This document shows positions 18,349-25,847 of a stretch of DNA of 43,481 bases, piece after piece; position 1 is the first letter of the stretch, and each line of letters starts with the position of its first letter. Position numbers and translations under genes: made by a program. This DNA is from a virus (taxonomy: Duplodnaviria > Caudoviricetes): positions 1 through 43,481 of the IMG/VR virus record IMGVR_UViG_3300048599_000711; one strand, 5' to 3'. The notes under the pieces were generated by a model. That model saw only the letters and a list, made by a program, of their open reading frames with translations. It was not told where the DNA came from and did not search any database.

Positions 18349-19506
18349 ATGAAAGCTGAACTGATTATTAAGCTTGTAGAGGCACATAGTATTGGTAATG
18401 AACGCTTGTTCGAGGGGGCGCTTTTAGAATTAGCTAATGACGAAGAGCGGAAAGGTAATTTTTCGTTAGCAACCCTTTTGAAAAGGGCATATTCATCAGA
18501 TAGAAAACCTATTGCATCCCTTTCAGATAGCCCTTTATCTTCCACTATGACATTTTTGCCACAAAGCATTCCATCAATTCCAAAAGATAAAGACAGCACT
18601 TTGGAATTGGTTGAAATTATGCAATCAAATGTAGGATTATCAGATGTGGCTTTATCTGAAAAAAATTTTAAAGCTTTAAGCCAAATAATTAAGGAACAAA
18701 AAAACGCGAAAGAATTGTTGGTTAAAGGCATAACTCCAACAAATAGAGTCCTTTTTTGCGGTCCTCCAGGATGTGGAAAAAGTCTTACAGCAAATGCTTT
18801 AGCTGGTGAATTGAATATTCCTATTGCTTATGTAAAACTCGACGGTTTAGTTTCTTCATATTTGGGTCAAACTGGAGCAAATATTCGAAAAATCTTTGAG
18901 TTTGTTAAAAACAAACGGATTTTACTCTTTCTTGATGAATTTGACGCCATTGCAAAAATGAGGGATGATTCTCATGAATTAGGTGAATTAAAACGAGTAG
19001 TCACTACCTTACTTCAAAATCTTGACGCAATGCCTGCCAACGTTTTTTTAGTAGCAGCTACAAATCATCATCATTTATTAGATCCTGCTATTTGGAGACG
19101 TTTCGATATTTCCATTTTGATGGAACTACCAGATAAAGTACAAAGGCAGCAAATAATTAACAAATTTATCAATGACCATCTTGGAGGTAATTTTCTAAAT
19201 AGTAACTTATTATCAGTACTCACTAATGGTATGAGTGGTGCCCAGGTATGCAGTTTCATGCAATCCTTAGTTAAGCACTCCATTATGAATCGCACTGACA
19301 TAGACAACATTTCTATTGATGAAATAGCTGATGTATGGTTGCAGCAATCAACACTCTTTATTAGCGATGACAAAAAAGATTATATGAAAGCTATATCTGA
19401 ACTCCATTTGAATGGGGTTCCTATTCGAACTCTTGAAAAAATTACCGGAATTCCTAAATCCACTTTAAACTACCGACTAAAGAAGGAGGTTAATGCAAAT
19501 GAATGA
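18349..19506 (+). CDS. AAA+ ATPase, IetA-like, with C-terminal HTH
   Basis: GPPGCGKS, LFLDEFDA, AATNH...LDPAIWRRFD; coupled to an S8 protease; AT-rich. Confidence 0.88.
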   Translation: MKAELIIKLVEAHSIGNERLFEGALLELANDEERKGNFSLATLLKRAYSSDRKPIASLSDSPLSSTMTFLPQSIPSIPKDKDSTLELVEIMQSNVGLSDVALSEKNFKALSQIIKEQKNAKELLVKGITPTNRVLFCGPPGCGKSLTANALAGELNIPIAYVKLDGLVSSYLGQTGANIRKIFEFVKNKRILLFLDEFDAIAKMRDDSHELGELKRVVTTLLQNLDAMPANVFLVAATNHHHLLDPAIWRRFDISILMELPDKVQRQQIINKFINDHLGGNFLNSNLLSVLTNGMSGAQVCSFMQSLVKHSIMNRTDIDNISIDEIADVWLQQSTLFISDDKKDYMKAISELHLNGVPIRTLEKITGIPKSTLNYRLKKEVNANE

Positions 19507-21709
19507 GAATAGAAAACAACATCTTTGGATACCTGATGAGGAAATTAATCAAGTACCCAAAACGCCTACTTCAAGAAATAAACCTCGTGATGAAGTTTTT
19601 TCTGAACATGGCCGAAAGTTGAGTACAAGCCTACAAACCATCAAAGAAATAATTGAGGAAACTATTGAGGATAATTCACTAGCAGATAGTAACTTATATA
19701 TATTTAGAGTAGAGTTACCGGAAGGAGAAAAGGTCCAGTATAAAAAAGATATACTCGAAAAAAATGGTATGAAACTCCATTTGGTAAATGATGAAAGAAA
19801 CGCCGTTGTTTCCACAACAAAGGGAAAGTTTCAAATGCTCAAAAACAGAATCGATGCTTACACCAAAAATGGAGAAAGAAAAACATACTTTGACTACATT
19901 GGAAATTTTCTTCCTTTTATAGGAATCGAAAAGAATTCATCAGAATTAAGAAAAATAGTATATTTACAACAAGCCCCAGAAAACATTGATGTTCAGTTAA
20001 TGTTTGTACCAAATTTAGATATTGAAACTTATGACATTGTCATAAAAAAAGTGATCTCGAAAATAAGACAACATAATGGCCATTTACAAGCAGAACCATA
20101 TTATCTTTCAGACCATACGCCTGTAATTAGAGCCATTATTCCATCCTCAATGTTGGCTAGATACGAAAACGATCCAGCAATTTACAGAATTGAAGAAACC
20201 CATTTTTTTAATGCAGGGACAGATATTACCAACAATTTTTCAGCATATTCATATTTTTTAGATAATGAGATCGACATTGATTCTTTGCCAATTGTAGCGG
20301 TGCTTGATTCTGGAATTAATTTTGTCTCTCCATTAGATTCGTTAATAATGGAACATTGGTTACCACCTATGTCTTCCGGTGGAAATTGTGAACATGGGAC
20401 AGAAGTAGCAAGCCGGGTCGTTTTTAACTATTTAGGTGACCAATTAAGAAATAATAAATTAACTCCAAGAGCGAGAGTCATAGACTGTAATATTCTTGAC
20501 GGGGCTGTTCCAGAAAATGAATTCATCAGTAGAATACAAAAAGCAGTAGAGAGCTTTAAGGATGAAGCAAAGGTTTTTAATTTATCAGCTAACGCAAACA
20601 GCCCAATCGATGGTAGTGAAATAAGTATTATTGGTTATGAACTCGATGTATTGCAGTTAAACAATAAGGTTCAATTTGTCGTATCAGCTGGTAATCATAA
20701 TCTATGGAGTGTGGAACCAAGTATTGAAGAAATTTTGGATGATGATGACTCTCAAATATCTGCCCCTGCTGATTCTATGTTATCAATAGTAGTAGGATCT
20801 GTCGTAGGAGAAGACCATGTTGGTAGTCTATCTGAAAAAAATATTATTGCGCCATATAGCAGAAGAGGCCCAGGTTTTGCAGGTTTTACTAAGCCAGATA
20901 TAACTGCCTATGGCGGAACAGTAGTTATTAATGGAAATGGTGAACAAATTCCTATTGATGATTACTCACTGGTTTTGACCAGAGATGGTAATTTTATCCC
21001 TGATGCAGGAACAAGCTTCACAGCTCCTATCGTTGCTGGCGATTTGGCTGATATTTTAAGCATTACACCAGAAAACAATATACTACTTGCAAAAGCATTG
21101 CTATATCATAATGCAAAGCCTATTTGGGAAGAGGACAATATTGAGGATGAGGAATTAGCATTTGCTCATAATTTATATGGGAAAGGTCTTTCCTCCGTTA
21201 CAGATAGTAAATACTCTTCCCCATCACGGGTTACATTTGTGAGAACTGGTACATTAAATCGCCTTACAAAAGAACGTGTAAAGATCTATATGCCGCCGAT
21301 TTTGGCAGCACAAACAGGTCGTAATGTTGCTAGAGTATCAGTTACCTGTTTGTCTTTGCCACCAGTAGATAGAACTAAAGGAAGTCAGTATCTTGGCGCT
21401 TATGTACGTGCATCATTAAAAAAATCCCATCCAGATGGCAAACTTTTACCTGTTGAACCAAAAACAAGTGAAGGTAGAAAAAAATGGGATGTATGCCATC
21501 AATTTTCGAGAACCTTTTCCCAATTTCACGCTGGCGATTGGCAAGTTTGGCTTGAGTTGTTTTCACGTTGGGATGATCAAGATATTGATGTCCCTTATGC
21601 TCTTGTAGTTACAATAGAAGATATAAGTAAAACTTTAGATGTATATAGTGAAATTGAGGCACTAAACAGATATAGAGCTCTTAACACAATCAGGCTAAGA
21701 GTAGATTAA
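19499..21709 (+). CDS. S8 subtilisin-like serine protease, IetS-like
   Basis: Catalytic VAVLDSG, HGTEVAS and GTSFTAP motifs, SAGN oxyanion motif; no signal peptide. Confidence 0.9.
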   Translation: MNENRKQHLWIPDEEINQVPKTPTSRNKPRDEVFSEHGRKLSTSLQTIKEIIEETIEDNSLADSNLYIFRVELPEGEKVQYKKDILEKNGMKLHLVNDERNAVVSTTKGKFQMLKNRIDAYTKNGERKTYFDYIGNFLPFIGIEKNSSELRKIVYLQQAPENIDVQLMFVPNLDIETYDIVIKKVISKIRQHNGHLQAEPYYLSDHTPVIRAIIPSSMLARYENDPAIYRIEETHFFNAGTDITNNFSAYSYFLDNEIDIDSLPIVAVLDSGINFVSPLDSLIMEHWLPPMSSGGNCEHGTEVASRVVFNYLGDQLRNNKLTPRARVIDCNILDGAVPENEFISRIQKAVESFKDEAKVFNLSANANSPIDGSEISIIGYELDVLQLNNKVQFVVSAGNHNLWSVEPSIEEILDDDDSQISAPADSMLSIVVGSVVGEDHVGSLSEKNIIAPYSRRGPGFAGFTKPDITAYGGTVVINGNGEQIPIDDYSLVLTRDGNFIPDAGTSFTAPIVAGDLADILSITPENNILLAKALLYHNAKPIWEEDNIEDEELAFAHNLYGKGLSSVTDSKYSSPSRVTFVRTGTLNRLTKERVKIYMPPILAAQTGRNVARVSVTCLSLPPVDRTKGSQYLGAYVRASLKKSHPDGKLLPVEPKTSEGRKKWDVCHQFSRTFSQFHAGDWQVWLELFSRWDDQDIDVPYALVVTIEDISKTLDVYSEIEALNRYRALNTIRLRVD

Positions 21710-21717
21710 ACAGTATT

Positions 21718-21737
21718 CTGATAATAGAACTTATCAG
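21718..21737. repeat. Dif-like palindrome copy 6
   Basis: CTGATAA TAGAAC TTATCAG, 8 nt after the protease stop. Confidence 0.88.
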
Positions 21738-21750
21738 TTCTAATTTTTGA

Positions 21751-21779
21751 TTGAATTACCCGAACGGCTGTGCTAGAAT
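21751..21779 (+). promoter_or_regulatory. Sigma70-like promoter P1 with LexA-like box in the spacer
   Basis: TTGAAT-17 nt-TAGAAT, extended TG; GAACGGCTGTGC. Confidence 0.65.
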
Positions 21780-21785
21780 CTGGTT

Positions 21786-21866
21786 ACAACCCTTCGGGGA
21801 TATCAACACGGTTTTCCCGGAAGTACCGCCCGGCGACTCGAATTGAGCCGCCGGGCGTTTTTTATT
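21786..21866 (+). ncRNA. Structured leader RNA with intrinsic terminator, copy 1
   Basis: CCC-TTCG-GGG hairpin, CGGT...CCGGAAGTACCG, stem CGCCCGGCG...CGCCGGGCG plus T6; paralog at 25736. Confidence 0.6.
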
Positions 21867-21884
21867 CTCAATAAGGAGTTTCCT

Positions 21885-22505
21885 ATGGCCAGTGGAATGT
21901 ATGCAAACGCCTTTCTGAAGGTTTTCAACAAGGAAATTGACTGGGACAGCGACACGATCAAGTTGATGCTGCTCACTTCATCCCACACCCCCAACCTGGA
22001 CACCCATGCTTATAAGTCGGATCTGACGAATGAGGTCTCCGGAACCGGTTATACGGCCGGCGGTGCGACTCTGGCATCGAAGACCCAGACCGTGGTAGCC
22101 GCCAATAGCTGGAGCACAGCCCGGGCAAATTCAACGGCTTACCAGGTGGGCGATGTGGTCCGACCAGCAACCGGAAACGGTCATCTCTATCGCTGTATCG
22201 TCGCCAGCACTTCGGGCTCCTCCGTTCCCACCTGGCCGACCGTATCAGGGCAAACGGTGACGGATGGATCGGTTACCTGGTCCGAAATCGGGCGCGCTGT
22301 GATCGTTTTTGACGCCGCGGACCCATCCTGGGCAAACTCGACCATCACAGCTCGCTATGGGGTCGCTTATGACGATTCCCCTGCGACAGATGCAACCAAG
22401 CCGCTCCTCGCACTGTACGATTTTGGCGCTGATCAGATCAGTTCTAATGGGTCGTTTTCTCTAACCATCGCCGCTTCAGGCGTTTTTTACATCGCCGTGC
22501 CATAA
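21885..22505 (+). CDS. Virion structural protein with inserted carbohydrate-binding-like domain
   Basis: DTIKLMLL...EVSGTGYTAGG...FDAADPSW core with AYQVGDVV...YRC...PTWPT...TDGSVTW insert; AAGGAG RBS. Confidence 0.65.
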   Translation: MASGMYANAFLKVFNKEIDWDSDTIKLMLLTSSHTPNLDTHAYKSDLTNEVSGTGYTAGGATLASKTQTVVAANSWSTARANSTAYQVGDVVRPATGNGHLYRCIVASTSGSSVPTWPTVSGQTVTDGSVTWSEIGRAVIVFDAADPSWANSTITARYGVAYDDSPATDATKPLLALYDFGADQISSNGSFSLTIAASGVFYIAVP

Positions 22506-22526
22506 TCGCCCGATCAGGTATTTATC

Positions 22527-23984
22527 GTGAGCCTTCCTGCAACTGAATCCTTTGATTATGCCAACTGGACAGACCTCACCAGCGATAACCCTGCCTGGCA
22601 GTTGATGATCGGCGAGACGATTTATATCCTGAGCAGCCAGGCAAAAGGGAGCGGCGCCGAATGGGATGTGGCGATTTGGGGAACTGACCCGTTTAACGCA
22701 AACCAATACGCTCAGGTCGCCGGATCAACCTGGGGAGATTGGGCGCCTTGCGGGGTAGTCGTGCGCGCATCGCCTGGTTCTGGCGGAAGTTTTTACGGCT
22801 TTCTCTCAGATGCCCAAATGGGCGCCATGCTGATCAAGTATGCCAATGGGACGGTAACAACGTTGGCATCCACTGGCACATCACTGCCTGCCAATGCGTT
22901 GATGCGTTTAGAGGCAGAAGGTACGACGCTGCGGGCCTACTCAAACGGCACATTGATGAGCTGGGGCGCCATCACTGATTCCTCTTTGTCAAGCGGATCC
23001 GCCGGAATTGCGTTTAATGGATCGGCTAATGGCGCACTCTTAGACAATTGGGCGGGGGGAAACCTCAGCAGTGGAAGCGTAAACGCATCTGTGGCGCTTT
23101 CCGCAGTGGGAACCTTTGGCCAGACAAAAAGCGCCGCTGTACAGGTTATAAGATCTGCATCCGTTGTTATTCAGCCGATCCCCGTTGGTGGAAGGCCCGG
23201 TCTTTTTGCTGTCTCCACTGCAATCCATCGCTTAATCCCTTTGGCGGCTGTAGGAGCTGAAGCCGGGTTATCTTCTGGCCTGATTAACACCAGCGAAAAT
23301 ATATCCGTCCTGCTAACAAAAGTCGGCTTATCCGGCCAGCCAGGTCTTTTGACTGCCTCGCCCTCGATCAACAGCGTTGTGACGTTACCGGCTGTTGGCG
23401 CTATCGCCGATTCAATCTCTGGCAGGGCAAATACTTTTCAAAGTGCATCCATCCGGCTTGAAGCGCTGGGGAGCCGGAGCAGTCTATCACCGGAAAGAGT
23501 CCTTGCCTCAACAAACATCCAGATCGCTCTGCCTTCCTCTCTGGCCGCTGGTTATTTTTCCCTGCCTGCCGCGCTCACGACTGCGAATGCCGATATAAAA
23601 ATGGCTGGCTTGGGAGTCGGCGCTTTACTGGCCATTTCCAATGTCTCCATCTCTCGGGTTGTGGAAATCGTCCCGGTCGGGAGCATTGCTGCCGTCGGCA
23701 ACGCGATTTTATCGAACGCGGTAAACGTGGCCATCCCACTGGTTCCTGTCTCAGCCATTGCGCAGAACTCTCCGCTCTCCATTGAAGCGGTCGCTTATGC
23801 AATGATTGAGCTGGACCAGGTTGGCGCGATTGTTCACCCATCCCCGCTTAATGTCCTGGCTTTCCAGGAGGGCGATCCAATTTTCACGCTCCTGTTTTCC
23901 CTGGCAACAGGAGCGATGTTAATTTCTGTGGAGCCAAAATGGCAGCTATCACTTCGATTAACGAGCAATCGACTGGAACTCTGA
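22527..23984 (+). CDS. Putative virion appendage/fibre protein
   Basis: N-terminal beta-sandwich-like domain followed by A/S/V-rich repeats. Confidence 0.5.
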   Translation: MSLPATESFDYANWTDLTSDNPAWQLMIGETIYILSSQAKGSGAEWDVAIWGTDPFNANQYAQVAGSTWGDWAPCGVVVRASPGSGGSFYGFLSDAQMGAMLIKYANGTVTTLASTGTSLPANALMRLEAEGTTLRAYSNGTLMSWGAITDSSLSSGSAGIAFNGSANGALLDNWAGGNLSSGSVNASVALSAVGTFGQTKSAAVQVIRSASVVIQPIPVGGRPGLFAVSTAIHRLIPLAAVGAEAGLSSGLINTSENISVLLTKVGLSGQPGLLTASPSINSVVTLPAVGAIADSISGRANTFQSASIRLEALGSRSSLSPERVLASTNIQIALPSSLAAGYFSLPAALTTANADIKMAGLGVGALLAISNVSISRVVEIVPVGSIAAVGNAILSNAVNVAIPLVPVSAIAQNSPLSIEAVAYAMIELDQVGAIVHPSPLNVLAFQEGDPIFTLLFSLATGAMLISVEPKWQLSLRLTSNRLEL

Positions 23985-24265
23985 CCGTTTCCTGTCTCAA
24001 TAAATCCGGTCAACCATCCACCCCTATTGCACTTACCTGGGAAGCTGTCGATCTCACCAGCGGGACAGTCTTACAGGCAGCCACAGCGGTAACTGTGACC
24101 GGGGCAACCATTGAGATTGAAATCCCAGCGATGGTCAACCGGATCCTCAACCCAGCGCGGCAGTATGAAACACGCCTGGTCACTGTTCGAGCCCAGTATG
24201 GTGAAAACGACTTCTGCAATGAGGTCTTTGCTTACACGGTAAAGAACCTGAAGGCTGTTTCATAA
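23939..24265 (+). CDS. Small structural adaptor-like protein
   Basis: Beta-rich ORF overlapping the previous gene, GGAG RBS. Confidence 0.5.
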   Translation: MAAITSINEQSTGTLTVSCLNKSGQPSTPIALTWEAVDLTSGTVLQAATAVTVTGATIEIEIPAMVNRILNPARQYETRLVTVRAQYGENDFCNEVFAYTVKNLKAVS

Positions 24266-24269
24266 GCAG

Positions 24270-24289
24270 CCGATAAGAAGGATTATCGG
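24270..24289. repeat. Dif-like palindrome copy 7
   Basis: CCGATAA GAAGGA TTATCGG at the left edge of the AT-rich insertion. Confidence 0.9.
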
Positions 24290-24403
24290 AACAAAAAGTT
24301 TTCCCTAAAAAACCCCTCTTCTTTTCAGGATAAAAAAGTTATTAAGTGTCATAATAAATTTATTCAAACAGTTAATTCAATAAAATGGAAAATGGAGGTA
24401 GCT

Positions 24404-25681
24404 ATGGAATACAAGAAACTTTGGGAAGATGATAGTAACCGGCGTAAAGATGCTCAAGAAATTATTTCTTATTTACTTCATGAATGTAGTCAACCTTCCC
24501 ATACTAACAGTGTAAAAGAAAATTTTTCAGTTTCAGAATTAATTTTATTGAGCAAGGAAAAAAAGTTATCAAATGATCAAATATATAAAATTATCTTCGA
24601 TATGATTGACAATAATTTGTCCAAAATAGATGATTTTGAAATACTTTATTCTCAAGAATGCGTCCAGGAATCCTCAGAAAGTGATTCTTCAAAAACTTAT
24701 TGGAAATTTTATCTTCATTATAGCATTTCTAATTTACCCCAAAATTTTGAAGATATAAAATTTCATTTCTTAGGGAACGATTTTTCTTTTGTTAGTGCAA
24801 ACACTGCTTTCAATTGCTTAAGCATAGAAAGCAAAGATAACTTTCTTAAAAATAAAAATGTTTACAAAACTGGTGGTATAGAATTTAATGATAATTTAAA
24901 TTCGGCTGTTTATTTCATCTTTACAGAAAATGGATATACAAAAGAAGAAGCATGGGAAAAAGTAAATTATTCATTTAGAGGTTTCAGAGGGGCTATAGAA
25001 TTCTTAACTCCATTTGAGCCCGAATACTTTTATTTTTCTTCTGATATTCCGAAAACTTTTTCCAGAAATGGAATTCCAAATCCAAAATGGATGTTTGTTG
25101 AACCAATAGGTAATATAAATAGGTTTACAGGAACTACAGGATGTATAAAAGGTAATATTGATAACCGGTTCATTGGCTCTATAACGGAAAATTTCTTTTT
25201 TTTAGAAAATCGTCCCTCACAAAAATCTATTCAAAATCTTATTTCTGATTGTCTTAATTTGTATTCACAAGCAGCTGAAGCTAGTTCACTAGAAGATTAT
25301 TTTTTAACCTTATGGCAAATCGCTGAAAAAATTACTCTTTCAAAAGACTTTTCTGGAAAAACCGACGATGTGAGAAAGAGATTATCGTTTTTATGCAGCG
25401 AAATAAGTTTGGTTGGTTCGGGCTTTAAAGAAACTCTAAAGGATATTGCTGAAAAACGTAATAATTTAGTTCATCAAGGACTCGTACAAATAAATCAAAA
25501 CGATAATTACTTTCTACGAATTCTTTGTGATAAAGCTCTCAAATGGGTAATAAGTAGACAAGACTTAATTCCATCAAAGTTGACCTTATCAAAAATCTTC
25601 GAATATTCTAGTCGAGGCGATGAGGATAAAGTAGCAATTAAAGAGGCAATTAAGTTTTTTGATGCGCATAAAAAAGCATAA
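24404..25681 (+). CDS. HEPN-domain protein (ApeA-like), putative anti-phage RNase
   Basis: FLTLWQIAEKI helix and RNNLVH (Rx4H) motif; very AT-rich; GGAGG RBS. Confidence 0.7.
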   Translation: MEYKKLWEDDSNRRKDAQEIISYLLHECSQPSHTNSVKENFSVSELILLSKEKKLSNDQIYKIIFDMIDNNLSKIDDFEILYSQECVQESSESDSSKTYWKFYLHYSISNLPQNFEDIKFHFLGNDFSFVSANTAFNCLSIESKDNFLKNKNVYKTGGIEFNDNLNSAVYFIFTENGYTKEEAWEKVNYSFRGFRGAIEFLTPFEPEYFYFSSDIPKTFSRNGIPNPKWMFVEPIGNINRFTGTTGCIKGNIDNRFIGSITENFFFLENRPSQKSIQNLISDCLNLYSQAAEASSLEDYFLTLWQIAEKITLSKDFSGKTDDVRKRLSFLCSEISLVGSGFKETLKDIAEKRNNLVHQGLVQINQNDNYFLRILCDKALKWVISRQDLIPSKLTLSKIFEYSSRGDEDKVAIKEAIKFFDAHKKA

Positions 25682-25698
25682 AATTTACACACAAACAA

Positions 25699-25727
25699 TT
25701 GCATACGCTGAACATTCGTGCTAGAAT
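25699..25727 (+). promoter_or_regulatory. Sigma70-like promoter P2 with LexA-like box in the spacer
   Basis: TTGCAT-17 nt-TAGAAT, extended TG; GAACATTCGTGC. Confidence 0.65.
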
Positions 25728-25735
25728 TTTGATAT

Positions 25736-25814
25736 CAACCCTTCGGGGGATATAGATCTCGGTCATGCCGGAAAGTACCGCCCGGCGGCTCGCAATGAGC
25801 CGCCGGGCGGTTTT
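25736..25814 (+). ncRNA. Structured leader RNA with intrinsic terminator, copy 2
   Basis: CCC-TTCG-GGG, CGGT...CCGGAAAGTACCG, perfect stem CCGCCCGGCGGCTC/GAGCCGCCGGGCGG plus TTTT. Confidence 0.6.
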
Positions 25815-25847
25815 GCGTTAACCCACCAGGAGGAACCATGTAAACCC

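Noticed and set aside
22510-22528. Further palindrome copies (CCGATCA-N5-TTATCGT; also 9018 CCAATAA-N4-TTATCAA and 12253 CGGGTAA-N7-TTACCTA)
   Set aside because: Wrong spacer length and/or several arm mismatches; not counted, although they are intergenic.
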